From Geminicoccaceae bacterium (GTDB lineage: Bacteria; Pseudomonadota; Alphaproteobacteria; Geminicoccales; Geminicoccaceae): a stretch of DNA of 64,000 nucleotides. The position numbers and the translations under genes were made by a program. Below, in pieces: positions 46,550-55,554 of the stretch. The notes beneath the pieces were generated by a model. That model worked only from the letters and a program-made list of their open reading frames with translations. It was not told where the DNA came from and made no database searches. Positions within the stretch are counted from its first letter, which is position 1. Every line of letters begins with the position of its first letter. The DNA lies in contig JBFWWD010000001.1 of assembly GCA_050246385.1 (NCBI GenBank), positions 9,789 to 73,788 on the forward strand, in the 5' to 3' direction.

Positions 46550-47393
46550 TTACTCCGAGGGCGGCCAAGAGCGGGCTGAGCGGCAGATCCGGGGGCCGCC
46601 AAGAACCAGGGTCGGCATCATGCCCTGGCCGTGCATCCCAGCCATGTCCATGCCGAGCGGCATTGTTGGTTCCACTGCGTTCGCGTCACTCGGGTAGCGC
46701 GAGACGAGATCGCCCAACAGGCCGATCTCGTAGAGCTGCTCGCGGATGATGTCGAGGTTCAGCAGGGCGCAGCACGCGGTTGCGGGCCATCGGCTCCAGG
46801 TTGTATTTCCATGTCATGTCCACCGCTGCCTGATGGTGTATCATCATCCCCTTCGCGAACGCCACGTCGTACCCCGTGATCCGCTCGGGCGGCAGCAGGG
46901 CGAGCTCGCGCCCGGTCGGCGGCGGCCAGGGGATGAATTTCGGCGGGCGGTGCTCCAGGCCGTCGACACCCAGCTCGCGGAGACCGATGCGCGCGAAGCC
47001 CAGGTCCAGGACCCGCACCGGCCGCTCGACGTCCGCCCTTGCCCGGGCGAGCACGGCGATCTCGAAGCCCTGGTTGTAGATGATGCCGTCGGCTAGCTTG
47101 CGCAGCACCGCGTTGGTGCCCCGTCCATCGCCAAGATAGTCCCGTGACATCGCCCGCGCCCCGGCGTGCTGCCGGCTCATCATGTCGATGTAGTTGAGAT
47201 CCATCTCGGCCGCCACGTGGTCCGCCGCCCCGTCGGGGCCAAGCCAGATTACCTCGAGCATCGTCTTGGCCCGGTGGCCCTCCGAGTCATCGTCGAGGTC
47301 GTGCACTTCGGTCGCCCAAGGTGGGGCGATCCAGGCGGAGAGGGCTGCGACCAGCACGAGGCGGCCGCCGATCCATGGCTCCATCGGATGCAC
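46550..47393 (-). pseudogene. DUF305 domain protein interrupted by a frameshift near 46764-46770
   Basis: The annotated ORF 46686..47393 carries DUF305 cores (NYIDMMSRQHAGARAM and FAKGMMIHHQAAVDM). After ...MARNRVL it runs into a non-homologous tail. The adjacent frame continues with the expected LLNLDIIREQLYEIGLLGDLV...MPLGMDMAGMHGQGMMP up to the TAA at 46550. Confidence 0.6.
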
Positions 47394-47447
47394 CCTTCGC
47401 GCACCTGCACCGACGAGGCGGGACGGCCTACCGTCCCGCCTCGTCCG

Positions 47448-47780
47448 TCAGCCGGCCATCCGCCGGCAGCTCTCGGCGCAGCGGCGGCAGGTGGCGACGC
47501 ACTCCTCCATCTCGCCGACCTGCTCGCAGCTTCGCGCGCACTCCTCGCAGACCTCGGCGCAGGCTGAGCAGGTGCGCTTGTGGAGTTCGGTGCCGAGGGC
47601 CAGGAAGCAGGCGCTGGTGCGGCAGATCTCGGCGCAGGCCAGCATCAGCCGCATGTGGCGCGGCTCGACGTGTCTGCCGCCGACGTCCAGGCAGTGTTGT
47701 GAAGCCTCGGTCACGCATACGCGGTGACAGTTCAGGCACTCGTCGATGCAGCGCCGCGTCTCCTCGTTCATGTGATGCAT
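47448..47780 (-). CDS. four-helix-bundle Cys-rich copper-binding protein (DUF326 / Csp3-like)
   Basis: 110 aa with 17 Cys in repeated C-x2/3-C helix patterns (CIDECLNCHRVC...CSACAEVCEECARSCEQ...CVATCRRCAESC). No signal peptide. Confidence 0.85.
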   Translation of the reverse strand: MHHMNEETRRCIDECLNCHRVCVTEASQHCLDVGGRHVEPRHMRLMLACAEICRTSACFLALGTELHKRTCSACAEVCEECARSCEQVGEMEECVATCRRCAESCRRMAG

Positions 47781-47911
47781 GGCGACCTCCTTGGGCAGGT
47801 TTGGTCATCAGCAATCGATCGGGATGACTTTGGTTCCAAATATCATATAAATGCTCGCAACTATCGGCTACTGGACAATAATTGTTTGTTGGCCGAGCCA
47901 CACGATCTCGG

Positions 47912-48334
47912 TCAGGTCAGCATCTTGTTAGCTTCCGCGACGAGCCGAGCTACGGTCAATCTGGCCAATCGCGCCGGCGCGCGCGCTTCGACCAAACGGT
48001 CGGGGGCACGCGGCGGGCCGTGGGGCGGCGGTGGGTTGAGGCCTCTTCGTAAGCCGTCGCGTCCGCTTGCCACATGCTGACGTGGTGCCGACGGGGTGGC
48101 CGTGGGCAACACCACCAGCACGATGGCATCGCATGCGGCATCCGCCCCGCAGGGCATGGCCTGACACATCGCGTTCGGCAGGCATGGATGACCAGGTTCC
48201 GCCGCGAAGCGACCCTCGCTCCCCGCACCCGCCTCGACCCAGACGTGGTCGCTCGACGGTCCCGCGACCGGATCACGACCCTGTTGGCCGAGCAACGAAC
48301 TTGAGATCACGGCCAGCAGCCACAGAAGCGCCAT
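47912..48334 (-). CDS. small exported Cys protein with Pro-rich region (family copy 3 of 5)
   Basis: ATG at 48334 gives MALLWLLAVISSSLLG. Cluster HPCLPNAMCQAMPCGADAAC followed by LNPPPPHGPPR. It lies inside the longer artefactual ORF 47912..48649. Confidence 0.4.
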   Translation of the reverse strand: MALLWLLAVISSSLLGQQGRDPVAGPSSDHVWVEAGAGSEGRFAAEPGHPCLPNAMCQAMPCGADAACDAIVLVVLPTATPSAPRQHVASGRDGLRRGLNPPPPHGPPRAPDRLVEARAPARLARLTVARLVAEANKMLT

Positions 48335-48443
48335 GGCCGGAAGGCCGAGTGGCGGAGTGCGGCGTTGGCCTACAGTTTGCGCGGTGCATCTATCCCGCGG
48401 CCGTACGGTCCCATGGGCGCAGCGGAGCGCAAATCGCGGCCAT

Positions 48444-49352
48444 TCAGTAAGCGTGCCTGACACGGCTCGGCGACCAATGTGGCCCGCGGCGGCCGGGCTC
48501 GGACTGGGGCTGGCCGCCATCGTGCTGGCTGCGCGGCGGGCCGTCCATCGAGCCGAGAGGCTGCGCATCGGGGAGCGACCAGAAGTCGGCGATCGCGAAG
48601 TGGCGCTCCAGCTCCTGCCGCATCTCCTCGATGTCTGCGGTCTGGCCATGCCACATCTGGCTGCAGAGCCGGCGCAGGTCGTGGTGGGCGGGGTCGGAAC
48701 CGGTTAGGCAGCCGTCGAGCGGCCGGAGCAAGGTGCGGTGGTAGCGGTGGAAAGTCTCGAGGAAGACATGTTCGAACGCGTCACCGCGGCCGGACTGCGC
48801 CAGCCTGCGGATCAGTTCCGCGCCATCAGGCCACAGCTGGGGCTCGTAAGCGATGCCGTACCACTCGCGCAAACAGGTCTGCAGGGTCACTATCTCCTCC
48901 CGCTGCATTCGGTTGTCGCGCCGCATCAGCGGCCTCAGATCGTTCAAAGAAGCGTCGACCTGAGTGGCACCAAAGCCGTGGGTTGGTGCCGTGCCCTCCG
49001 TCGGTGGAATGGCGGCATCGCGCTTCGGATCGGTGCCGGCTAGAAGCTCGGTCATCCGCATTGCGGTGCAATGATGGTCGATGCTCAGCTTCAACAGCTC
49101 GACTCGAACGGACCGGTCAGGCCGCGGCGGCTGGTCTGCCAGGGCGGACAGCGGCGCCACCACCAGAAGGGCGATCGGGCAGATTCCACCGAAGGATCGA
49201 GGCAGAACTCTCCTCTCTGAAGGACAACCTGCCAACTCGTCGAAATTGGCCAATCGGTCCGGCAACGACGCTACCTGGCGGTGGTTCCCGAGACTACTCC
49301 GCCGTGGCCTCTGGCTTTGGATCCAAGGTGGCTGAGCCAGCCGCACCGCCAT
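48444..49352 (-). CDS. DUF305-like exported protein (start uncertain)
   Basis: Hydrophobic ICPIALLVVAPLSALA, then LKLSIDHHCTAMRMTEL and RDNRMQREEIVTLQTCLREWYG (a DUF305-type pattern). No good start codon sits next to the signal segment, so the ATG at 49352 is used. Confidence 0.5.
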   Translation of the reverse strand: MAVRLAQPPWIQSQRPRRSSLGNHRQVASLPDRLANFDELAGCPSERRVLPRSFGGICPIALLVVAPLSALADQPPRPDRSVRVELLKLSIDHHCTAMRMTELLAGTDPKRDAAIPPTEGTAPTHGFGATQVDASLNDLRPLMRRDNRMQREEIVTLQTCLREWYGIAYEPQLWPDGAELIRRLAQSGRGDAFEHVFLETFHRYHRTLLRPLDGCLTGSDPAHHDLRRLCSQMWHGQTADIEEMRQELERHFAIADFWSLPDAQPLGSMDGPPRSQHDGGQPQSEPGRRGPHWSPSRVRHAY

Positions 49353-49450
49353 AGTCGGCAGGACCGCCTGCTAGGAACGTCTTCTTATTTACAGAATGGC
49401 GCAATAAGAGCCTCTTATAGGAAGGCGTCTCGACGGAAAGGAGAGCAACA

Positions 49451-49978
49451 ATGCTCGCTGGCACCGCGGTCGAGCAGCCCTGGCACCGCCACTGGCGCGC
49501 GCTCTTGTGCCTATCGCAAAGCTTCATCTTCTTCGTTCAAGTATTTGCGGTCGAGGCACAGGCAGAAACCCACGAGGGATTTCTAGCCTACGTGGAAGGC
49601 CACTACGACGATGCATCTCGCGTGTTGCGGTCACAGGCTGACGCCGGTGATGTCGACGCGCAGTTCCTGATGGCACGGATCGCCGAGCTCGGCCTCGCCG
49701 GGCGTGCCGACGAGCACGCCGCGGCGGTTTGGTACCTGATGGCCGCGCGGGCCGGCGACCCGGCGGCGCAGCTGAGCATCGGCTTGATGTACGCCGAGGG
49801 GCGCGGCCTGGAGTGGAACTTCCTCGAGGCCTATGTCTGGCTTACGCGGGCGATGGTGGGCTTTCCTAAGGGCGCGGGGCGTGAGGAGGCCGCCGAAGCG
49901 CGGCGCTTGGTGCGTTCCGTGCTGCGTCCCGAGGAGTTGCTCCGGGCCGAAAGGCGCCTGCTCCGAGCCCTGGGCTGA
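49451..49978 (+). CDS. Sel1-repeat (TPR-like) protein
   Basis: Signal-like N-terminus and Sel1 repeats (DAQFLMARIAELGLAGRADEHAAAVWYLMAARAGDPAAQLSIGLMYAEGRGLEWNFLEAYVWLTRA). Confidence 0.75.
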   Translation: MLAGTAVEQPWHRHWRALLCLSQSFIFFVQVFAVEAQAETHEGFLAYVEGHYDDASRVLRSQADAGDVDAQFLMARIAELGLAGRADEHAAAVWYLMAARAGDPAAQLSIGLMYAEGRGLEWNFLEAYVWLTRAMVGFPKGAGREEAAEARRLVRSVLRPEELLRAERRLLRALG

Positions 49979-49996
49979 GCACAGCGGCACCGCCGC

Positions 49997-51346
49997 TTAG
50001 TTGGGCACGGCAAGCAACAGTGGGCCGGTCGGAGAGGCCGGTTGCGCACTGTTATCGGCTTCACCGCCGGCTGTCCGGCCCCAGCAAGCAACAACATCCT
50101 TGCGCCCTGGCAACCTGAGTTCCCCGAGGTTGATGAACGTATCGTCGGGAAAGCCTGGACCATAGGTGCGTCTCAGCGCATCGGAGACTACGAGGGCGAG
50201 GTCACGGTCCGCAGCAATCCGGTGCAGCCGCTCGGCGACATTGACCGTATCACCGAGCACCGTGAACTCGAGCATACCATCTTGGCCCACGACGCCGGCG
50301 AACACCTCACCGAAGTGACCTCCGGCGGCGATACGGACCGGCTGCTGGCCCATGGCAAGGCGCCTTCGGGACCAACCTGCGATGCCTGCTTGCATGATGC
50401 CGATGCAGCGGAGCGCGCAGGCCGCCGGGTTCGCGTGTTGCTCGGGCGCGCCGAACACCGCCAACGCGCCATCGCCAATGAATTTGTCGATCGAGCCCTT
50501 GCAGGCGAAAACGGCGCGGGTGACCAACCGCCGAAACTCGGCGAGAAAGGGACCCAGCTCTTCGGGTTGCATCCTCTCCGCCAAGGCCGTGAAGCCACGG
50601 ATGTCCACAAACAGAATCGCCACCTCGCGACGGTCGCCGGCCAGCTCGCGGACGCTCTCGGCACCGCCGAGGCGTTGCGCCACCGCCGGCGAGAAAAAGC
50701 GCTCAAGGCGCGCTGCACGCTGCGTGGCGGTCAGCGCCTTCTCCAGCAGCCCGTGCGTCCGCCGGGCGACGAACCAGAGAACGATCGTGGTGAGCGCCAG
50801 CGTCGCCAGCGGCAGAACCGGCCAGTAGTCGGCCATGGGGACATGGTAGCCGTGCAGCGGCTCGAACGGACGCCAATGCGGCGCGGCCATGACTAGGGCG
50901 AGCACCCCGACCACCGTCACCCCGGCGTAGAGCACGGTCGATGCATTGAACCGAAGTGCGGCGTGGGCAACGAGCAGGAACGCCAGCCCGGAGGCTGGCA
51001 ACGCAAACAGCCGGCTGGTCGGCATGTCGGCGGCGACTGCCAAGCCGGCGAGCAGCGTGGCGGCCAATAGGGCATCCGCCGTAACGCAGGTGAGGACGAA
51101 GGCTCGACTGTTCCAGCGGTAACAGACCGCGAACCAGCTGAGCGTGGCCAGGACGCTGTAGCCGACGAGCGCGCCCGCGGTCAGGGAATCGTGATGATGG
51201 CCATCGCTGGCGGCCAGGAACAGCAACCAGAACACGGCCAGGATCAGAGTGCGTACCCCGGCGTATAGGAGGTCGGCCTCGGCTTCCGCTCGCATCAGGA
51301 GCGCCCTGGCGCTCAGATCGGGCAGAGCACTCGACGATCGTGCCAT
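49997..51346 (-). CDS. membrane-bound class III adenylate/guanylate cyclase
   Basis: N-terminal region with about 6 TM segments, then the catalytic domain (VAILFVDIRGFTALAE...KFIGDGALAVFGAP...EFTVLGDTVNVAERL). Confidence 0.85.
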   Translation of the reverse strand: MARSSSALPDLSARALLMRAEAEADLLYAGVRTLILAVFWLLFLAASDGHHHDSLTAGALVGYSVLATLSWFAVCYRWNSRAFVLTCVTADALLAATLLAGLAVAADMPTSRLFALPASGLAFLLVAHAALRFNASTVLYAGVTVVGVLALVMAAPHWRPFEPLHGYHVPMADYWPVLPLATLALTTIVLWFVARRTHGLLEKALTATQRAARLERFFSPAVAQRLGGAESVRELAGDRREVAILFVDIRGFTALAERMQPEELGPFLAEFRRLVTRAVFACKGSIDKFIGDGALAVFGAPEQHANPAACALRCIGIMQAGIAGWSRRRLAMGQQPVRIAAGGHFGEVFAGVVGQDGMLEFTVLGDTVNVAERLHRIAADRDLALVVSDALRRTYGPGFPDDTFINLGELRLPGRKDVVACWGRTAGGEADNSAQPASPTGPLLLAVPN

Positions 51347-51401
51347 TCATGCCTCTCGCGATGAGGTTCCCGGGCGGGACCTCCCGCCCGGGAAGCAGCG
51401 G

Positions 51402-51899
51402 TCAGCTGGTCTTCTTGCCCTTCTCCAGCTTTGCCTGATGCACCATCCCTCCTTCGTAGTGACCAGGTATCTGGCAGGCGAAGACGATGTTGCCCTGGAC
51501 CGCCTTGTTGAACTTCCAGATCACCTCCTCGGTCTCCCCAGAAGCGACGCTGACCGCCGTTGGGTCATCCGCATGCTTCATGTCGGGGTTCTTCGCCATC
51601 AGCTTGGCGTGCGCCCGCTGGGAAGCCGTGTCGCCGATCGAGAATTCGTGCTCCCCGGCGCCCTGGTTGGTCACGACGAACCTGATGACCTCGCCCTGCT
51701 GGATCGTGCCGAGGTGCATCTCGAACCGCATGCCGTCGCGATCGTCCGCGATGACCTCGACCGTGCGGGTGACCTCATCGGCCGTGCCCGGCTCGCCGAA
51801 GCTGTAGTGGCCGCCCGCATGATTGCCGGCAGCCCACGCCGTGCTGGTCAGGGCCGCCCCCGTCAAGGCGGCCAGCATACCTCTACGCAAAGTGCGCAT
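51402..51899 (-). CDS. periplasmic cupredoxin (plastocyanin/azurin-like, CopI-like)
   Basis: ATG at 51899 (the last 165 codons of ORF 51402..53057) and a signal peptide. Type-1 copper ligand pattern HEF...CQIPGHYEGGM. Confidence 0.8.
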   Translation of the reverse strand: MRTLRRGMLAALTGAALTSTAWAAGNHAGGHYSFGEPGTADEVTRTVEVIADDRDGMRFEMHLGTIQQGEVIRFVVTNQGAGEHEFSIGDTASQRAHAKLMAKNPDMKHADDPTAVSVASGETEEVIWKFNKAVQGNIVFACQIPGHYEGGMVHQAKLEKGKKTS

Positions 51900-51934
51900 G
51901 TCTGTCTCCTTTGGGTGTTTGGGTGAAGGTGCGA

Positions 51935-53251
51935 TCAGGCCGGCCGGCCGGCGCCGTCGACCTTGTAAGCCACGGTGCCCGGCGGATGCTCGAACCAGCC
52001 GGGATCCGTGTAGTCGCCGGGGGCGACGTCCTTCCTGACTTTGACGACCGTGAACATGCCGCCCATCTCGATCGGCCCGAACGGGCCCTCGCCGGTCATC
52101 ATCGGCAGCGTGTTCTCGGGCGGCGTCATGCCGTGGGCGGCCATGTCCTGCATCTCGGCCATGCCCTGCTCGCCCATCGGCATGTACATGTAGTTGGGCA
52201 GCAGGCGGGCCACCCGCTTCGCCGCCGCCGTCTGCCGGACACCGATCATGTTGGCGATCTCGTGGCCCATCGGGCCCATGGTGTGGTGCGACTTGTGGCA
52301 GTGGAACGCCCAGTCGCCCTCCTCGTCCGCCGTGAACTCGATGCAGCGCATGGCACCCACCGGGATGTCGGCGGAGACCTCCGGCCACTGCGCGCTCTCC
52401 GGCACCCAGCCGCCATCGGTGCCGGTGACCCGGAAATCGTAGCCATGCAGGTGGATCGGGTGGTTGGTCATGGTCAGGTTGCCGATCCGGATGCGCACCC
52501 GATCGCCTTTCCTGACCACGATCGGATCGATGCCCGGGAACACCCGGCTGTTCCAGGCCCAGGTGTTGAACTCGAGCATGACCGAGGTGTCCGGCACCCA
52601 GGTGCCGGGCTTGACCTCGTAATTGGCCATCACGAAGCCGAAATCGCGGTCGACCGGGCGGAACGACGGGTCCTTCGGGTGCACGATGAACAGACCCATC
52701 ATGCCCATGCCCATCTGCACCATCTCGTCGGCGTGGGGGTGGTACATGAACGTGCCGCTCTTCTTCAGCGCGAACTCGTAGGCGTAGGTCTCGCCGGGCT
52801 GGATCTGCGTCTGCGTCAGCCCGCCGACCCCGTCCATCCCGCTCGGCAGGAGGATGCCGTGCCAATGGAAGGTGGTGGGCTCGGGGAGCCGGTTGGTGAC
52901 GAAGATCCGCACCCTGTCGCCCTCGACCGCTTCGATCGTCGGGCCGGTCGAGGTGCCGTTGTAACCCCACAGGTGGGCAATCGAGCCGGGCGCCAGCTCG
53001 CGCTCGACCGGCTCGGCGACCAGGTGGAACTCCTTGACGCCGCGGTTCATGCGCCACGGCAGCGAGCCGCCGTTGAGGGTGACGAACCCGGTGCGCCCAC
53101 CGAGCTGCCTCTTTGGCAGCGGGTCCCGAGTCGTCGGGTCGCTGAAGCGTACCGGCTCACCCAGCGCGCGCGTCTGTGCCTCAGACGCGCGGGAGAGAAC
53201 GGCGCCGGTGGCGAGCGTCACCCCGGCCGCGAAAGCGCGTCGGCTGATCAT
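51935..53251 (-). CDS. multicopper oxidase, Tat-exported
   Basis: Tat-like MISRRAFAAG. Copper sites FHWHGILLP, MYHPH, HPIHLHGYDF and HCHKSHHTMGPM. Met-rich C-terminal region (MYMPMGEQGMAEMQDMAAHGM). Confidence 0.85.
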   Translation of the reverse strand: MISRRAFAAGVTLATGAVLSRASEAQTRALGEPVRFSDPTTRDPLPKRQLGGRTGFVTLNGGSLPWRMNRGVKEFHLVAEPVERELAPGSIAHLWGYNGTSTGPTIEAVEGDRVRIFVTNRLPEPTTFHWHGILLPSGMDGVGGLTQTQIQPGETYAYEFALKKSGTFMYHPHADEMVQMGMGMMGLFIVHPKDPSFRPVDRDFGFVMANYEVKPGTWVPDTSVMLEFNTWAWNSRVFPGIDPIVVRKGDRVRIRIGNLTMTNHPIHLHGYDFRVTGTDGGWVPESAQWPEVSADIPVGAMRCIEFTADEEGDWAFHCHKSHHTMGPMGHEIANMIGVRQTAAAKRVARLLPNYMYMPMGEQGMAEMQDMAAHGMTPPENTLPMMTGEGPFGPIEMGGMFTVVKVRKDVAPGDYTDPGWFEHPPGTVAYKVDGAGRPA

Positions 53252-54468
53252 GGGGTCGATCCTTGGTCGGTCAGGGGCGTGGCCGCGGCGGTCGTGGCAG
53301 GTGCTGCGGGTGGCAGCGCTCCGCCCATCAGCTCAGTCAGCTCGGCGTGTGCGATCCAAAAGTCGGCAAGGCTGGTGACATATTCCTTGCCTGCCTCGAT
53401 CTGCTCGCGGGTGGCATCGAGCAGCTCGTACACATCCAGCAGCATGGCGTTGTAGTTGCGCTGCAGCTCCGCGAGCGCGACCTCGGTCAGCGGCACCACG
53501 GTGTCGCGCTGGAACTTGGCGATGTCGTAGGCGGTGAGCATCCGGTGGTATTGCTCGCGCACCTCCGAGCGCAGCGCGGTGCCTTGGGTGAGCTGGTCGG
53601 TGCTCGCCCGGCCGGTATAGGCCGCGATGCTGTGGGTCGTGGCGTAGGTCTCGAGATCGGGAAACTCCGGCCGGGTCGCCGGCAGATCCGGCAGACGATC
53701 CGGCAGCTGCCACCCGGTTTGTTGGCCATGGAGCTTCAGGAGTCGGTTCAGCGCCTCGCGCTTCTCGACGGCGTCACGATTCGCCGCCGCTACCGCCTTG
53801 ACGGTCTCGGCGTAAGCGAGGTGCTGGCGCGCCTGATCCAGCCGACTGGTGGTGCCGGCGCGATACTGCTCGTTGGCGAGCTCGGCTGCCGCCTTCTCGG
53901 CATCGAGCGTCTGATCGAACATCGCCGCGAGCTGGGCCGCGGCAACGGCCTCGTAGTAGGCCGTCCGCGCCTTCGTGGCGGCTCCCGTCATGACCTCGGT
54001 GGTCTCGAGGTACTCCTCGCCGAACTCCATGCGCCATCGCTTGGTCGTCGAACGGGACAGAAGCTCGCCTTGCACCTTCCATTCGACCGGCCGAGGATCC
54101 TCCGCACGCTCGATCCTGGAGGCGACGTCGGCCACGAACGACGGCCGCTGCGCCCAATGCTCGAGCATCAGATCCTGGACACCGCGGTCCTGCAGAAGTG
54201 CCACCTCGACCGCCGCGGCCTCCGTCATCGGCGCCTTGGCGAGCGTGTCGATGCGCGCGTTCACCGCGTCCTGGTAGGCGCTGTTGGCGCGGAGGTAGTT
54301 GTAGTCGCGGTACTGGGTGCGTGCCGCGACCTCGGCGGTGCCGGGCATCTGCACCGGATCGTAGGCATTGCTGCCATACTCGATGCCGGCGCATCCGCTG
54401 AGGAACGCAAGCGCGGCGGGAAGAACGGCCCACCGCACCGGGGGCATGATTGCCGTCCAGCTTGTCAT
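53248..54468 (-). CDS. TolC-like outer-membrane efflux lipoprotein
   Basis: Lipobox LSGCAG. Two long helical repeat halves typical of outer-membrane factors. ATGA overlaps with both neighbouring genes. Confidence 0.75.
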   Translation of the reverse strand: MTSWTAIMPPVRWAVLPAALAFLSGCAGIEYGSNAYDPVQMPGTAEVAARTQYRDYNYLRANSAYQDAVNARIDTLAKAPMTEAAAVEVALLQDRGVQDLMLEHWAQRPSFVADVASRIERAEDPRPVEWKVQGELLSRSTTKRWRMEFGEEYLETTEVMTGAATKARTAYYEAVAAAQLAAMFDQTLDAEKAAAELANEQYRAGTTSRLDQARQHLAYAETVKAVAAANRDAVEKREALNRLLKLHGQQTGWQLPDRLPDLPATRPEFPDLETYATTHSIAAYTGRASTDQLTQGTALRSEVREQYHRMLTAYDIAKFQRDTVVPLTEVALAELQRNYNAMLLDVYELLDATREQIEAGKEYVTSLADFWIAHAELTELMGGALPPAAPATTAAATPLTDQGSTP

Positions 54469-54776
54469 TGCGGGGCCTCCGCGGCCGGGGCGGCGTGGCC
54501 CATCGCATCATGATCCATGCCGGCGCGGTCGCTTGGCATGCTGGGAGGCTCCACCGCTGCGGTCGAAGCCCCTGCGGTGTCGTTAACAAACGATGGTTCC
54601 GGGCTCTCCCGGTCCAGAAGCGGCACCACCTGCTCAAAGGTACTGGGTGCGGGAACGACGCCGGCTGGGGCGGCGGGGTCCAAGGGATGTAGGTCGGCGG
54701 CGAGCGCGGCGGACCACGGCATGACTGCCGCAGCCACAAGCAGCGTTCCGGCGCCGAATCGCGACGGCAGACGCAT
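54465..54776 (-). CDS. small secreted protein with His/Met C-terminus
   Basis: ATG at 54776 gives the signal peptide MRLPSRFGAGTLLVAAAVMPWSAALA. C-terminal GMDHDAMGH. Its stop overlaps the TolC-like start. Confidence 0.45.
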   Translation of the reverse strand: MRLPSRFGAGTLLVAAAVMPWSAALAADLHPLDPAAPAGVVPAPSTFEQVVPLLDRESPEPSFVNDTAGASTAAVEPPSMPSDRAGMDHDAMGHAAPAAEAPQ

Positions 54777-54878
54777 GAGGAGATCCTGACGTGAGCCAAG
54801 GGATGACAGTCCACGGATGGACCGCTCGCGGGGGTGGCGCATCCCGCAGAGCTGCGGGACGCTGCCGCTAGGCCATCG

Positions 54879-55274
54879 TCAGGCGAATGCCGGCGGACGG
54901 TAGATGTCGGTGGTCGGTGCTGCCCAGGGTGGAATGCTGCCACGAAGTGAGAGCCGGTCGGCCAGACGGCAGTTCGGCGCGAACGCAGTCCCAAAGGACT
55001 GTACGGCAACCTGGGCGGCAGGGCAGCATGACGGCTCTGCCGTAGCGGCATGATCAAAGAGGGGATACAGGGGAGGATCTTCAGCTTGGTCAGTCGCGAC
55101 ACGCACGACGACTTCGGCGGCTAAAACGATTGGAGCTTCCTCGCTACGACTCTCATTCACTGCTGTTGCAGCAATCTGCGCATGGTGAGGACACGGCGAG
55201 GCGCTCGCCGGCGTCGGCAGAGCGCCAAAACCGAGCCCCGCCAGAAAGAGGATGAGCATTCCCACAACGCGCAT
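54879..55274 (-). CDS. small exported Cys protein with Pro-containing C-terminus (family copy 4 of 5)
   Basis: ATG at 55274 gives MRVVGMLILFLAGLGFGAL (alternative ATG at 55298). Motifs SPCPHH, PSCCPAAQ and tail IPPWAAPTTDIYRPPAFA. Confidence 0.45.
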   Translation of the reverse strand: MRVVGMLILFLAGLGFGALPTPASASPCPHHAQIAATAVNESRSEEAPIVLAAEVVVRVATDQAEDPPLYPLFDHAATAEPSCCPAAQVAVQSFGTAFAPNCRLADRLSLRGSIPPWAAPTTDIYRPPAFA

Positions 55275-55314
55275 GGCGTCCGGATAGAGCAGCGACATGC
55301 TGAAGGTCAAGCCG

Positions 55315-55329
55315 TACCTCCGTAGGGTA
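55315..55329. promoter_or_regulatory. putative CsoR-type operator TACC-N7-GGTA
   Basis: TACCTCCGTAGGGTA lies 17-41 nt upstream of the candidate starts of the small-ORF / TolC / MCO / cupredoxin operon. It has the same half-site spacing as the box at 43495. Confidence 0.35.
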
Positions 55330-55554
55330 CTAACTTGTAACCTGATCAGGGTGGTTCCGATGCCCCATAGCCTCAGAGGCGGTTTCCAGAACTAGCGGGG
55401 TCGTTGGTGCTTCGGCACCGGGCTAGGCGCAGCCATGGACCGCCCGCCCTGGTGCAAGAGCTGCTCGGCTGTCTCGGCGATCGGGATCATGTGCCGCCAT
55501 CCATGCGGCCTGGCGTTGCGGCTTGAAGGCGTATCGAATTGCCCCGGGGAAGGG

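Noticed and set aside
51402-53057. 551-aa minus-strand ORF in the supplied track.
   Set aside because: Only its last 165 codons (the cupredoxin, 51402..51899) are credible. The upstream part runs out of frame over the MCO2 gene. The long ORFs 24883..27237, 36889..38580, 7340..8386 and 8837..10537 have the same problem, and I trimmed them to internal starts.
51911-54513. Long plus-strand ORFs (51911..53455 and 53263..54513) over the MCO2 and TolC-like genes.
   Set aside because: They are antisense shadows of well-supported minus-strand genes.
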